From: Candidatus Hecatellales archaeon
GTDB lineage: Archaea; Thermoproteota; Bathyarchaeia; Hecatellales; Hecatellaceae
Assembly: GCA_003661965.1 (NCBI GenBank)
Contig: QMXD01000002.1
Coordinates: 2,377-66,376, forward strand
Length of the DNA: 64,000 nucleotides
Direction of reading: 5' to 3'
In this document: one piece after another, positions 1-9,814 of the stretch
Position numbering within the stretch: position 1 is the first letter of the stretch
How the letters are laid out: each line of letters begins with the position of its first letter
Translations under genes and position numbers: made by a program
Notes under the pieces: generated by a model
What the model saw: only the letters and a program-made list of their open reading frames with translations
Databases searched by the model: none
Told to the model about the DNA's origin: nothing

Positions 1-554
1 ACCTTATACCCATCAACCAAAACATCGTTAGGCCACTTAATCTTAGCGTTTAAACCATAAAGCCTCCTAACAGTTTTTGCAACAGCAACACTAGTGGTTA
101 AAGTTATTCTTTGAGCATATTGGGGTGGAAGATTAGGTCTTAAAACTATTGAAAGCCAAACACCACCCAAAGGTGAAACCCATTCACGTCCAATTCTCCC
201 CCTACCCCTAGTTTGTTTTTCAGCAACAACAACAGTTCCCTCAACACAATCTTGAACAGCAAGTTTTTTTGCAATCTCCTGGGTTGAGGTTACCTCCTTA
301 AAACAAAAAATTTTACAGCCAAGAATTTTTGACTTTAACCCGCTACCAATTTCGAAGGGTGATAGGATGTCTGGTGTTTCTATAAGCCTATAACCAACCT
401 TTGGTTTTGCCTCAATCCTATAGCCTCCCCTTTTTAAAGCCTCTATATGTTTCCAAACCGCTGTTCTTGAAACCTCAGCCTTTTTTGCTAAATCTTCACC
501 AGAAACATATTTTTTACTCTTTTTTAGTATGCTAAGAATTTTTGTTTTCGTCAA
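1..554 (-). CDS. birA: Biotin--[acetyl-CoA-carboxylase] ligase / biotin operon repressor BirA, N-terminal ~184 aa (C-terminus beyond window start)
   Basis: Minus-strand frame reads LTKTKILSILKKSKKYVSGEDLAKKAEVSRTAVWKHIEALKRGGYRIE... (HTH), then ...GRIGREWVSPLGGVWLSI... and KWPNDV (biotin-ligase motifs). Probable TTG start at 554..552, preceded by an in-frame TAA. Not in the ORF track because it runs off the window edge. Confidence 0.7.
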   Translation of the reverse strand, partial: MTKTKILSILKKSKKYVSGEDLAKKAEVSRTAVWKHIEALKRGGYRIEAKPKVGYRLIETPDILSPFEIGSGLKSKILGCKIFCFKEVTSTQEIAKKLAVQDCVEGTVVVAEKQTRGRGRIGREWVSPLGGVWLSIVLRPNLPPQYAQRITLTTSVAVAKTVRRLYGLNAKIKWPNDVLVDGYK

Positions 555-649
555 ACGTTAACCCCTAAAAAGCTGCAAGTTAACATTTTTTCCACTCTAA
601 AATAGTAAACGTTTTTAAGGTATAAGTTTATTCCAAAAATAAACTAGAA

Positions 650-1234
650 ATGGCTTTTGAAGAGGCGAAAAATTTAGGGAAGATTAAGTTGATACCTAAA
701 GAAGCTAAAACTGGAAAAGTTAACAGTAGGTTTGCTGAAGATGTGATTAATAGAGGCTCAATATTTTTTCCAAGAAAAGACATGGAAACTTTAAAGGCTT
801 GTATGCAATGTGGAGTTTGTGTTGGAGGATGTCCATCTGGTAGGAGAACTGCTTGGCGTATTAGAAGAATATTTTTGAAGGTTTTAAGGGGTTTTGAGGA
901 TGATGCCTTAAAAGATGAAAGCCTATGGGAATGTACAACCTGCTACACATGCCAAGAAAGATGTTTAAGAAAAGTTATGACAACAGATATTGTTAGAATT
1001 TTAAGAAACCTTGCTGTTGAAAAAGGCTATATGAACGAAAACCATGTTAGGGTTTGTATGCTTCTTTTTAAATATGGGCATGCTGTACCAATAAACGAAA
1101 AAATTAAAACAGTAAGAAAAGAGCTTGGTTTAGATGAAATCCCCCCAACAGTCCACAAGTATCCTGAAGCCTTAAACGAGGTTTCTCTTCTTGTTAAAGA
1201 AACAGGTTTTAGGTTAAAAGTTGAAAGGAGCTAA
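650..1234 (+). CDS. hdrC: Heterodisulfide reductase subunit C-like 4Fe-4S ferredoxin (HdrC)
   Basis: Two CxxCxxCxxxCP motifs (CMQCGVCVGGCP, CTTCYTCQERC). It sits immediately upstream of, and overlapping, an HdrB-like gene. Confidence 0.75.
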   Translation: MAFEEAKNLGKIKLIPKEAKTGKVNSRFAEDVINRGSIFFPRKDMETLKACMQCGVCVGGCPSGRRTAWRIRRIFLKVLRGFEDDALKDESLWECTTCYTCQERCLRKVMTTDIVRILRNLAVEKGYMNENHVRVCMLLFKYGHAVPINEKIKTVRKELGLDEIPPTVHKYPEALNEVSLLVKETGFRLKVERS

Positions 1235-1238
1235 AAAG

Positions 1239-2126
1239 ATGAAAGCCTATGCATATTTTCTTGGCTGTATAACACCAAACAGGTATCCAGGAATAGAATA
1301 TTCAACAATAGAGGTTTTTAGACTTTTTGGGGTTGAGCTTAAACCTATGCATGGAACCTCATGTTGTCCAGCTCCAGGTGTTTTCGGCTCTTTTGACCTA
1401 TGGAATTGGCTTGTTTTAGCTGCTAGAAACCTAAGTATAGCTGAGGATATGGGTTTAGATGTAACGGTTACATGTAACGGTTGTTATGCGACACTTCAAG
1501 AAGCAAACCATATGCTTCAACATGATGTGGGGTTAAAAGAGAAGGTTAATAGTCTTCTTGGGAAGGTGAATAGGGTTTATAGGGGGACTATTAAGGTTAT
1601 CCATGTTACAGAAATTTTGTATGATGTTGTTGGGTTGGAAACGATAAAAGATAGGGTTGTAAAACCTTTAAAGGATGTTAGGGTTGCAGTCCACTATGGA
1701 TGCCATTTTCTTAAGCCAAGCGATATTAGAGGTCATGGTTCACCTGAAAACCCAACCATGCTTGATGAGCTTGTTGAGGTTTTAGGTGCTGAAAGTGTGG
1801 AATATAAGGATAAGCTTATGTGTTGTGGTGCTGGTGGGGGTGTAAGAGCTGGAAGACCTGAAACAGCCCTAGAAATAACAAGGGAAAAGGTTGAGGCTAT
1901 GCTTGATGCTGGAGCTGATTGTGTTGTAACACCATGTGCCTTCTGCCATCTACAGTTTGATAGGGGGCAGGCGGAACTAACAGCAAAAACGAAACATGAA
2001 TACGATTTACCGGTTGTTTTTATAACCCAGCTTTTAGGTTTGGCTTTAGGTTTACCCCCTGAAAGGCTTGGACTACTAAAAAATGAGACTAGGTCTGATA
2101 GGCTTCTAGGTAAGCTTAACTTTTAG
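1239..2126 (+). CDS. hdrB: Heterodisulfide reductase subunit B (HdrB), two CCG domains
   Basis: CCG-domain motifs (SCCPAPG...; MCCGAGGGVRAGRPE; PCAFCHLQFD). An RBS-like aggagc lies upstream of the ATG at 1239. The track ORF from 1221 overlaps hdrC, so the ATG at 1239 is preferred. Confidence 0.8.
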   Translation: MKAYAYFLGCITPNRYPGIEYSTIEVFRLFGVELKPMHGTSCCPAPGVFGSFDLWNWLVLAARNLSIAEDMGLDVTVTCNGCYATLQEANHMLQHDVGLKEKVNSLLGKVNRVYRGTIKVIHVTEILYDVVGLETIKDRVVKPLKDVRVAVHYGCHFLKPSDIRGHGSPENPTMLDELVEVLGAESVEYKDKLMCCGAGGGVRAGRPETALEITREKVEAMLDAGADCVVTPCAFCHLQFDRGQAELTAKTKHEYDLPVVFITQLLGLALGLPPERLGLLKNETRSDRLLGKLNF

Positions 2127-2133
2127 CCTTAAC

Positions 2134-2775
2134 CTATTCAAACTCTAAAACTTTTCCAACACCACATTTTACATGTTTCTCAGGAAAAATTTTTTCTATC
2201 TCTTTTTTGGCTACCGTGCAATGGCATGGGCAAACCAAGGATACCTTTTCTAAAGCCTTATAGTTTCTAAACCCGTGAAAACCACCAATAACCCCGTAAA
2301 CCTCACCAAATTTTGAGGCTTCCCCTATAATGTTTTCTAAGCCTGGATGGGAGCATCCTGTAACCAAAACTAAGCCTTTACCTGTTTTAACAAGGAGAGA
2401 CTGTTCTATGTTCATTAGCTCCCCCAAAATATAGGTATCCTCAGATAGCCTAATAGGGTTTTTAACCCTAACAGTTTTTACTCCCATAATTTCTGTTGGG
2501 AAGCATTGTGGAACATAAAGTGTAACGTTTGGGTTTACCCTAAGAAAATCTGCTAATCCACCAGTATGGTCTAGGTGTGGATGGGAAATAACAACAACAT
2601 CTATGTTTTTGGGTGATATTTCAAGTTTTTTCATGTTGTGGAAAAGTATTGAGGGGTCGTAGCCTGTGTCAAACAAAATTTTTAGGGTTTTGGTTTCAAC
2701 TAGACAGGAGAAACCCCAATCTGGTTTTAGGTCTTCCCTTAGGGAAACATTATCGTAGATAACGGTTAGCTTCAA
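2134..2775 (-). CDS. MBL-fold metallo-hydrolase (COG1237-like; this family is annotated in methanogens as a dihydropterin-RFAP synthase of H4MPT biosynthesis)
   Basis: HxHxDH motif (ISHPHLDHTGG), a C-terminal GCSHPG..GFHG and CPCHC. The COG1237 assignment is from memory of that family. Confidence 0.5.
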   Translation of the reverse strand: MKLTVIYDNVSLREDLKPDWGFSCLVETKTLKILFDTGYDPSILFHNMKKLEISPKNIDVVVISHPHLDHTGGLADFLRVNPNVTLYVPQCFPTEIMGVKTVRVKNPIRLSEDTYILGELMNIEQSLLVKTGKGLVLVTGCSHPGLENIIGEASKFGEVYGVIGGFHGFRNYKALEKVSLVCPCHCTVAKKEIEKIFPEKHVKCGVGKVLEFE

Positions 2776-2865
2776 AACTTTTACCTCCTACAGAAGATAA
2801 ACATTTTTTAGTCGTATAGAAAAAACGTTTTATATGCTAAAAATCTTCCCATAAAACGTTTCCAC

Positions 2866-3438
2866 TCATATGGGGAGTGAAATTTTCTTTTTAGCCTTTC
2901 TTTTTACCTCAACACCACAAACCGGACAAACTTTTTCTGGTGGCTGGATAGAAAATTTTCTTTTACAACCTGGACAATACCAAACCCATCTAACCCTACT
3001 TTTTATACTTCCAACTAGTGAAGCATAGTTTATTTTAAGGTGGCTTGCAACGTTTTGGATTGAATAATCGTCTGTTATGATTGTTGGATTAAACTTTTTA
3101 TTTTTTAATTCTAGGGCTAAAGCCAAAACACTTAAATCTGTTTTTGAAAGTTTAGGTTTATCTCCAGTCTTTCTTGAACATTTTTCCACTAGGTCTAAAA
3201 ACTCTTTTTTTGGGGGGATAATTGCTAGTTTTTTAAGGTTAACAGCCACCGAATACTTAATTTGAAGCCAAAAACTACTAATTTCACCAACAACCTCTGG
3301 TGTTGTAAAAAGTTTTAGGTTTGTGTAGAAGGGGTCTAAACCCATTATAAAGGCTGAACTATCCAAAACCAAAACCTTTTCTTTCGCTCTAGACATAACA
3401 ACCAAAACCTTGTGAAGACAAGATTTATTTACTAACAT
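2866..3438 (-). CDS. nob1: Endoribonuclease Nob1 (PIN domain plus C-terminal zinc ribbon)
   Basis: PIN-like N-terminus (VLVLDSSAFI...ITDDYSIQNVA) and a C-terminal CPGCKRKF....CPVCG zinc ribbon, which is the archaeal Nob1 architecture. The true start may be the internal M (MSRAKEK...). Confidence 0.65.
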   Translation of the reverse strand: MLVNKSCLHKVLVVMSRAKEKVLVLDSSAFIMGLDPFYTNLKLFTTPEVVGEISSFWLQIKYSVAVNLKKLAIIPPKKEFLDLVEKCSRKTGDKPKLSKTDLSVLALALELKNKKFNPTIITDDYSIQNVASHLKINYASLVGSIKSRVRWVWYCPGCKRKFSIQPPEKVCPVCGVEVKRKAKKKISLPI

Positions 3439-3522
3439 GTGAATGGCTTAATTTAAGGGGTCTCTAAAATAAATTTAGGGTTAACCCTTACTAATGTTTC
3501 TGGCAGGTAAGGAGAGCAAAAC

Positions 3523-4347
3523 TTGTTTAGAAAGGTTGTGGTTGTTTCAAGGGTGGACCGTGAAGACGCTGTTAAGCTTTCAAGCCAGATAATAGACTTT
3601 ATTCGTGGGAAAGGTTTAACTGTAACTCCTGAAAACCGGTTAGCATCAAAACTTGGGGTTGAGGGTGAATCTTTAAACAGGGTTAAGGGAGACCTTGTGG
3701 TTGTTGTTGGTGGAGATGGAACAGTTTTATGGACTATCCATAACATGGCTACCCAAATACCCCTGTTTGTTATCAAGTTTGGTAGGGTTGGCTTTTTTGC
3801 GGATGTAACTCCTGAGGAGGCTTTTTCAGCCCTAGAAAAAGTTTTTCATGGTAACTATATGCTTGAAGAATGTTTAATGCTTAAAACAAGTCTAGACCTA
3901 CCTGAAGCCTTAAACGAGGTTAGGATAGGAACTCTTGTTCCCCAGCAAATGGTTGATATAAGTGTTTTTGTTGAGGGTGAAAGGGTTGCTAAGGATAGGG
4001 TTGATGCTATTGTTGTTGCAACCCCTGTAGGCTCCTCTGCCTATGCTTTAAGTGCAGGTGCAAACATAGTTGACCCAAACCTTGAAGCGTTTCTTATTGT
4101 TCCAATATGTCCTCTCTCCTCAAATTTTAAGCCACATGTTATCCCTACAAACTTTACAGTTACCATTAAACCTGAAAGCCAAACAGAATACCTTGTTTTG
4201 GTTGATGGTCAGATTAAAAAAACTTTTACCCAACCCTTAACGATTAAAATATGGAAGTCTGAAAGGAAAACTGTTTTTGTAAGAACAAGAAAAAACTTTT
4301 ATGAGAGGTTAAGAAGAAGACTTAATGTTTCTTGTGTAGACTTTTAA
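3523..4347 (+). CDS. nadK: NAD(+) kinase
   Basis: GGDGT motif (VVVVGGDGTVLW), an NE/D...G..P...SSAYALSAGA signature and a TTG start. The length of ~274 aa is typical. Confidence 0.8.
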   Translation: MFRKVVVVSRVDREDAVKLSSQIIDFIRGKGLTVTPENRLASKLGVEGESLNRVKGDLVVVVGGDGTVLWTIHNMATQIPLFVIKFGRVGFFADVTPEEAFSALEKVFHGNYMLEECLMLKTSLDLPEALNEVRIGTLVPQQMVDISVFVEGERVAKDRVDAIVVATPVGSSAYALSAGANIVDPNLEAFLIVPICPLSSNFKPHVIPTNFTVTIKPESQTEYLVLVDGQIKKTFTQPLTIKIWKSERKTVFVRTRKNFYERLRRRLNVSCVDF

Positions 4348-4400
4348 GAAAAAAATTTAATTAGGCTTGGGTTTAACCTTAAAATTTAAAGTGAGAAAAA

Positions 4401-4796
4401 ATGAGTAAGCCTGTTGATGTCGGCTCAATAAAAGAGGGTCAATATATAGTTATAGACAATGAGCCATGTAGGGTTGTTGAATGTGAAAAGTCTAAACCTG
4501 GAAAACATGGCTCTGCAAAAGCTAGGATTGTGGCTATAGGTGTTTTTGACAACGTTAAAAGAAGTATAGTAAGCCCTGTAGACTCAAAAATAGATGTTCC
4601 AATAATCGAGAAGAAAACAGGTCAGGTGATTTCAATATCTCCAACAAGTGTTCAGTTAATGGATTTAGAAACCTATGAAACCTTTGAAACATCAATACCA
4701 AGCGAGGAGGAGATAAAGTCTAAGCTTTCAAACGGTGTTGAGGTTGAGTATTGGAAGATTCTTGGGAGGGTTAAGATAGTTAGGGTTAAGGGGTAG
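4401..4796 (+). CDS. eif5a: Translation initiation factor 5A (aIF-5A), hypusine-containing
   Basis: Hypusination loop [13 protein letters not shown]. The length is 131 aa. It is immediately followed by deoxyhypusine synthase. Confidence 0.85.
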   Translation: MSKPVDVGSIKEGQYIVIDNEPCRVVECEKSKPGKHGSAKARIVAIGVFDNVKRSIVSPVDSKIDVPIIEKKTGQVISISPTSVQLMDLETYETFETSIPSEEEIKSKLSNGVEVEYWKILGRVKIVRVKG

Positions 4797-4844
4797 GTTA
4801 GCATTCCAAAAAGGAAAAACCCTCAAACAAACCATGTTAAACAG

Positions 4845-5750
4845 ATGGAGGTTTCCCCAAACATTAGTGTGTCAAAGCTTGTTAAAGAGATGGGTTTGTG
4901 TGGTGTTTTAGGTGCTGGAAGGGTTGCTAAAGCCTCAGAAATTCTAAAGGAAATGTTTTTTAACCCAGATTACACGGTTTATATTTCTTTGGCAGGACCT
5001 GTTGTTGCTGGTGGTTTAAGAAACATTGTTTCTAGGCTTATAGCAGAAAAACTTGTTGATGTTGTTGTTAGTAATGGGGGAAACCTAACCCACGACCTAA
5101 TAGAGGCTTTAGGGTTTAAACATTTACGTGGTGAAAACCATCCAAACGATGTTAACCTAAACAAGAAAAAAATCGGTAGGATTGGAGATGTTTATGTTAA
5201 ACAAAACGCTTTCCAAACACTTGAAAAAGAAGTTTATAGGATGCTTGATAGGCTTATAAAAGAACATGGGGAAACAAAAATTTTTCCTGTTTATAGGGTT
5301 CTTGAAGCTTTTGGGTTTATGGTTAAAGACGAAAACTCTATTTTGGCTTTAGCCTCAAAAATGGGTGTTCCTGTTTTTTCACCCGGCATCTACGACTCTA
5401 TGCTTGGCTACCATTTATGGACTTATGGGAGGCTTAAAGGCTTAAAATTTGATTTTTCACTCGACATGGAAAAAATGGCTGAAACTGTTTTTAAGTCAAA
5501 AAAGATTGGTGCTATTATTTTGGGTGGGGGGCTTCCAAAACATTTTGTTTTGGGTGCAAGCATGTTAAAAGGTGGGGTTGATGCTGCAATCCAAATCACC
5601 ATGGATAGACCTGAAACAGGAAGTCTTTCAGGAGCACCCTTAGAGGAGGCAATTTCATGGGGGAAGGCTAAAGCTAAAAGTAGACTTGTTAACGTTATCG
5701 GAGACTACACTGTTCTTTTCCCCTTAATTGTGGCTTCGGTTTTTAGCTAG
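4845..5750 (+). CDS. dys: Deoxyhypusine synthase
   Basis: 301 aa with GG..N..H and a glycine-rich NAD-binding segment typical of DHS, in synteny with aIF5A. The assignment is by overall similarity, recalled from memory. Confidence 0.7.
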   Translation: MEVSPNISVSKLVKEMGLCGVLGAGRVAKASEILKEMFFNPDYTVYISLAGPVVAGGLRNIVSRLIAEKLVDVVVSNGGNLTHDLIEALGFKHLRGENHPNDVNLNKKKIGRIGDVYVKQNAFQTLEKEVYRMLDRLIKEHGETKIFPVYRVLEAFGFMVKDENSILALASKMGVPVFSPGIYDSMLGYHLWTYGRLKGLKFDFSLDMEKMAETVFKSKKIGAIILGGGLPKHFVLGASMLKGGVDAAIQITMDRPETGSLSGAPLEEAISWGKAKAKSRLVNVIGDYTVLFPLIVASVFS

Positions 5751-5780
5751 CCTTAAACATGAGAAGAAGAATAATATTTT

Positions 5781-7133
5781 TTGGGTAGGCTGGGAAAAAC
5801 AGTGACACTTGAAAAGCTTAGCTCAACCCTTCAAGAATCCCTAAAAAAGATTCTTAGGCTTAGTATAGTTGATGAGGCAACTGTAAAAGAGCTTGTTAAA
5901 GATATTCAAAGAGCCCTACTCCAATCCGATGTAAACGTTCAGCTTGTTCTTAACCTATCAAAAAAAATTGAGGATAGAGCCTTACACGAAAAAATTCCTC
6001 CAGGTTTTTCAAGAAAAGAACATTTAATAAAAATTGTTTATGATGAGTTAACAAGTTTTCTTGGTGAAAAACCAGCTAAACTTCCTGTTGAACCTGGAAA
6101 AACAAACGTTTTAATGCTTGTAGGGATTCAAGGTTCAGGTAAAACAACAACAACCATTAAAATAGCAAGGTTTTTGAGGAAAAGAGGGATAAGGTCTGCT
6201 GTTGTTTGTGCTGACACCTATAGACCAGGAGCCTACGCCCAGCTTAAACAGCTAGCAAACCTTGCAGGTATACCTGTTTATGGGGATGAGTCTCTTAAGG
6301 ATCCTGTAAAAATAGCGTTGGAGGGTGTTAAAAGGTTTAGGGAGGAAGGTTATGAGGCAATAATTGTTGATACTGCTGGAAGACATAAAGACGAGAAAAG
6401 TTTGATAGGGGAGATGAAGGTTTTAGCTGAAACAGTTAAGCCAGACCATATAATGCTTGTTGTTGATGGGACGATAGGTCAGCAAGCTATGGTTCAGGCT
6501 AAAGCCTTTAACGAGGCTACAAGAATAGGCTCTATAGTTGTAACAAAGCTTGATGGTTCAGCACGTGGTGGTGGGGCTCTTTCAGCTGTGGCTGCTGTAA
6601 ACGCTCCGATAACCTTCATAGGGACTGGTGAAAAAATTGAGGATATTGAGCTTTTTGACCCTCCAAGGTTTGTTGGACGTTTGCTTGGGATGGGTGACCT
6701 TAAATGGCTTATTGAAAAGGCAAAAGAGGCTGAAATAACGGTTTCGGAGAAGAAGGTTAAATCTATTTTGAGTGGAAAGTTTACTTTGGAAGACCTTTAT
6801 GAGGAGATTGAAAGGATTAGGAAGCTTGGCTCCCTAGGAAAAATTCTTAAAATGATTCCTGGTTTTGGTTTACCGTTGGATGATTCTATGCTTAAGCTTA
6901 CAGAGGAGAGGATGGAGGGTTGGAAAGCCATAATCCAGTCTATGACAAAGGAGGAACGTGAAAACCCAAAAATTTTGAATGCTTCAAGGATTAGAAGGAT
7001 TGCAAGAGGTTCTGGGAGAAGCGAAAAAGAGGTTAAGGAGCTTATCCAACATTTTGAGACAACCAAAAAAATGTTAAAAACCCTAAAAAGAAGACATCTC
7101 CCAGTTAAAATGTTTGGTAAAGAAATGTTTTAG
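5781..7133 (+). CDS. srp54: Signal recognition particle protein SRP54
   Basis: N-domain plus GTPase (GIQGSGKTTTTIKIARFL; DTAGRH; TKLDG) and a C-terminal Met-rich M-domain. The track start at 5781 is TTG. The GTG at 5802 (MTLEKLSSTLQESLKKI) matches canonical SRP54 N-termini better. Confidence 0.9.
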   Translation: MGRLGKTVTLEKLSSTLQESLKKILRLSIVDEATVKELVKDIQRALLQSDVNVQLVLNLSKKIEDRALHEKIPPGFSRKEHLIKIVYDELTSFLGEKPAKLPVEPGKTNVLMLVGIQGSGKTTTTIKIARFLRKRGIRSAVVCADTYRPGAYAQLKQLANLAGIPVYGDESLKDPVKIALEGVKRFREEGYEAIIVDTAGRHKDEKSLIGEMKVLAETVKPDHIMLVVDGTIGQQAMVQAKAFNEATRIGSIVVTKLDGSARGGGALSAVAAVNAPITFIGTGEKIEDIELFDPPRFVGRLLGMGDLKWLIEKAKEAEITVSEKKVKSILSGKFTLEDLYEEIERIRKLGSLGKILKMIPGFGLPLDDSMLKLTEERMEGWKAIIQSMTKEERENPKILNASRIRRIARGSGRSEKEVKELIQHFETTKKMLKTLKRRHLPVKMFGKEMF

Positions 7134-7135
7134 GG

Positions 7136-7516
7136 TTGATTAGGTTGGCTTCCCCATCAAGAATCCCCATAAAAATTTTTGTTGAGGATGTTGGTGAAAG
7201 TAGAGGTGAGCTTATCCTTTTTCTCGCACCAAAAACAGTTAACATGATAGTTAAAGCTTTACCCTTAGAAGGTAAAATAGTAAAACTTGAAGGTGAAATC
7301 TATTTTTTAACCCCAATCAAAACTGGTGTTGAAAAAGGTAAGGATACAGTTGAACCTGGAACAATAGCATATTGGCCTCAGGCAAACGCAATCTGTATTT
7401 TTTATGAGGGAATGAGGCTTTATGGTAAAGTGAATATTATTGGAAAAATTTTGGAAAACCTTGAGGTTTTTAGGGAGGCTAAAAATAGTGGCATAATTAG
7501 GGTTGAAAAAGGGTGA
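7136..7516 (+). CDS. Cyclophilin-like fold protein (DUF369/Cyclophil_like family), function unknown
   Basis: 126 aa. The IAYWPQANAICIFY...GKVNIIGKI motif is reminiscent of small archaeal cyclophilin-like proteins. The gene is tightly coupled to srp54 with a 2-bp gap. The start is a TTG. Confidence 0.4.
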   Translation: MIRLASPSRIPIKIFVEDVGESRGELILFLAPKTVNMIVKALPLEGKIVKLEGEIYFLTPIKTGVEKGKDTVEPGTIAYWPQANAICIFYEGMRLYGKVNIIGKILENLEVFREAKNSGIIRVEKG

Positions 7517-7519
7517 TGT

Positions 7520-7849
7520 TTAGGCTGCTGAAACTGTTGGCTTATAGATTTTTATGCGTTTACATCCTGTAACTAGGCTTACAATTCCTCTTCTTCTAAG
7601 CTCCTCAAGAAAATCTTTGGCTACGCTAACACGAACCCCATAGGTTGAAGCGATGGTTGAGGGTGTTATTGCCTTCATTTTTACAAGTTGGTTTAGAAGC
7701 TCTTTATCGTCAAAGGCTGGAAGCCCAACCTTTAAAACCTTTTTTTCAACAACAGTTTTAGCTTTTCTTTTTGCAGCTCTTTCTCTCTCCTCTCTTAGTC
7801 TTTGAGCCTTTTCCATTGCACTTATACTTTTCCTCTTCTGACCACCCAA
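7520..7849 (-). CDS. rps25e: 30S ribosomal protein S25e
   Basis: Basic N-terminus followed by a winged-helix segment (LLNQLVKMKAITPSTIASTYGVRVSVAKDFLEELRRRGIV), characteristic of eS25. Confidence 0.7.
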   Translation of the reverse strand: MGGQKRKSISAMEKAQRLREERERAAKRKAKTVVEKKVLKVGLPAFDDKELLNQLVKMKAITPSTIASTYGVRVSVAKDFLEELRRRGIVSLVTGCKRIKIYKPTVSAA

Positions 7850-7999
7850 AAGAAAACCTCCACATATAGTCTAAAAACGGGGATTATTTTAAGGTTATGC
7901 GTCCACAACAAAAAAATTTTGAGTTTAAGCTTGAAAAAAATAAATAAAACAATTAATATCTTAAAAAATTCAACTTCCCTTTTAGGATTGCCCTCGGTA

Positions 8000-8155
8000 A
8001 TGAAAATTATTACTGTTAAGCTTCCAGACGCCCTAGTCCAAGGAATGGATGAGCTTGTTAGGGCAGGTATGTATCCAAGTCGAAGTGCCATAGTTAGAGC
8101 GGCTGTTAGAGACCTTCTAAAAAACGAGCTTTGGCAACAGCAAAACCAAAGGTAA
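8000..8155 (+). CDS. Ribbon-helix-helix (CopG/NikR-like) DNA-binding protein, 51 aa
   Basis: MKIITVKLPDALVQGMDELVRAGMYPSRSAIVRAAVRDLL is a canonical RHH beta-strand plus two helices. The track ORF from 7802 carries an implausible N-terminal extension across an AT-rich promoter, so the ATG at 8000 was chosen. Confidence 0.6.
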   Translation: MKIITVKLPDALVQGMDELVRAGMYPSRSAIVRAAVRDLLKNELWQQQNQR

Positions 8156-8164
8156 AATGACTGT

Positions 8165-8908
8165 TTAACCGTATAACATTCTTATTCTTTCAGCCTCTTT
8201 TATAGGGTTTTTTGCGTTAATGATCTTTCTTCCAACAATTAGAAAGCTTGAACCCATTTTTAATGCTTTTTCAGCTTTTCCACCTTGAACACCTATCCCA
8301 GGAGAATAGATTGGAATTTTTTCTCCAAGAACCTTTTTTATTTCACCTATTTTTCTTGGTTTTGTTGCACCTACAACAACACCATCAACCTTCCATCTTA
8401 AACTTTTTTCAGCAAAAAGAATGTATTGGGGTTTTGGCTTCCCCCCATCTAAAACCTTCCTCTCATAAAACTCTTTAGCACCTTTATGGCTCATGTAGAC
8501 AACGGTTATGACTCCCTTCCCGTTTTTATGGGCTAAGCTAAGAACAGGTTTTAATCCATCCTCAAAACCTATTATAGGGTTTACTGTTAAAGCATCAAAA
8601 CCTGCCCTAAAATAGTTTTTAGCTATTATAAGGTTTGTCGAACCAATATCGTTTATTTTACAATCCATTATGGCTGGAAGCCCAAACCTATGAATAAAAC
8701 CAACAATTTTTTTAACCCCATCAAAAAGACCTAAGGGAAGAACAAGATGCCTATTAATCTTTACCGCACAAATAAGGTTTGAGAGGTTTTCAAGCAAACT
8801 AAAACTTTTTCTTAAAAGTTTTTCCCTACTAGCCTCTACAAGGTCTAAAGCTAAAACTATCCTTGACCTATTTTTTTCTGAAGCCTTCCCAATTTTATCC
8901 TTAAACAT
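8165..8908 (-). CDS. pyrF: Orotidine 5'-phosphate decarboxylase (OMPDC-fold; PyrF more likely than 3-hexulose-6-P synthase)
   Basis: LALDL..., KINRHL, and a D-x-K-x-x-D-I-G-S-T motif (MDCKINDIGSTN) typical of OMP decarboxylase. Confidence 0.6.
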   Translation of the reverse strand: MFKDKIGKASEKNRSRIVLALDLVEASREKLLRKSFSLLENLSNLICAVKINRHLVLPLGLFDGVKKIVGFIHRFGLPAIMDCKINDIGSTNLIIAKNYFRAGFDALTVNPIIGFEDGLKPVLSLAHKNGKGVITVVYMSHKGAKEFYERKVLDGGKPKPQYILFAEKSLRWKVDGVVVGATKPRKIGEIKKVLGEKIPIYSPGIGVQGGKAEKALKMGSSFLIVGRKIINAKNPIKEAERIRMLYG

Positions 8909-8931
8909 TCCTATCCCTTTAACCTATAAAG

Positions 8932-9630
8932 CTAATCTGGGAAAAGTGGCATCTCCTTTACATCCACAATTTTTGCATAAAAAAACTTTGTGTCAGCAGT
9001 GTTTTTACAGTATTCCACGTTTTCACCACCAATTTTTGATGTATTATATCTTATGAAGGGTTCAAGTGGAGGGTTCCTCTCCCTAACATAGAAAAAGACC
9101 GGTAAAGCATTAGCCTCATAATAACGTTCAAAAGGAATACAAACCCCAAGAATATACCTCCTATCCTTTTTAAACCTCCAAATAGGGAAAGAAGTATACT
9201 CCTTTATAGAAACAAGGTATAAAAGCCTAACCATAGACTTAATCCCATCAAGCTCTATCCCAATAGGCTTTTTAAAGTTTGGAGGCTTTTTTTCAAAAGC
9301 ATCCTGAAAAATTTTTGGAGGCTTTTTTAAATTAATTATTGGAGCATAAGTATACCTTGTATCCTCAACGTTATCCGTAAACAAAAACTCCTCCCTCTCC
9401 AAATCACTTTTATAAGCCAAAAACGAGCCTAAACTACCCTTCACCCTTATATAGGCAAAAATAGGCAAATCACCCTTCCAAGAAACATAAACAGAAAAAG
9501 CTCCAAGAAACCTTTTACCATCATGTTTAAAATACCAAAGAAGCGGAGGATTATCCGTTAAAGCCAAAGCAAACCTAGAAAAACTTTCAATGTTTTTTAT
9601 ACTCAACAAAATTGGTGGTTTAGGCTTCAT
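8932..9630 (-). CDS. Hypothetical protein, 232 aa, no recognisable motif
   Basis: Long uninterrupted ORF with ordinary composition. It is divergent from the DUF72 gene across the repeat-containing intergenic region. Confidence 0.45.
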   Translation of the reverse strand: MKPKPPILLSIKNIESFSRFALALTDNPPLLWYFKHDGKRFLGAFSVYVSWKGDLPIFAYIRVKGSLGSFLAYKSDLEREEFLFTDNVEDTRYTYAPIINLKKPPKIFQDAFEKKPPNFKKPIGIELDGIKSMVRLLYLVSIKEYTSFPIWRFKKDRRYILGVCIPFERYYEANALPVFFYVRERNPPLEPFIRYNTSKIGGENVEYCKNTADTKFFYAKIVDVKEMPLFPD

Positions 9631-9716
9631 CCCCTACCACAAACACCCTAAAAACAATTAAACCCATCTACCTATATGAAGATTAAACCCCCACCAAACC
9701 TCAAATAAACCAGTTT

Positions 9717-9756
9717 AAAACATGTAATGCAGTGCAATGCACTGTAATGCACACCC
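9717..9756 (+). repeat. Copy 1 of a conserved ~38-bp intergenic element (AAAACATGTAATGCAGTGCAATGCACTGTAATGCACACCC)
   Basis: Near-identical to the minus-strand copy at 47054..47090 and ~80% identical to 26711..26749. It contains the near-palindrome CAGTGCA-A-TGCACTG flanked by TAATGCA direct repeats. It lies 59 bp upstream of the DUF72 start. Confidence 0.85.
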
Positions 9757-9814
9757 TCTAAACCAAAAATCTTTAGTTTTATTCCCCACAAATCTAGAAT
9801 CTAGAGGGTTAAAC

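Noticed and set aside
3077-3265. 62-aa + strand ORF
   Set aside because: It is antisense within the nob1 coding region.
9737-9814. Track start codon of the DUF72 ORF (MHCNAHPLNQ...)
   Set aside because: That ATG lies inside the palindromic repeat element, and the N-terminal residues are a translation of the repeat. The conserved DUF72 N-terminus begins at the ATG at 9815.
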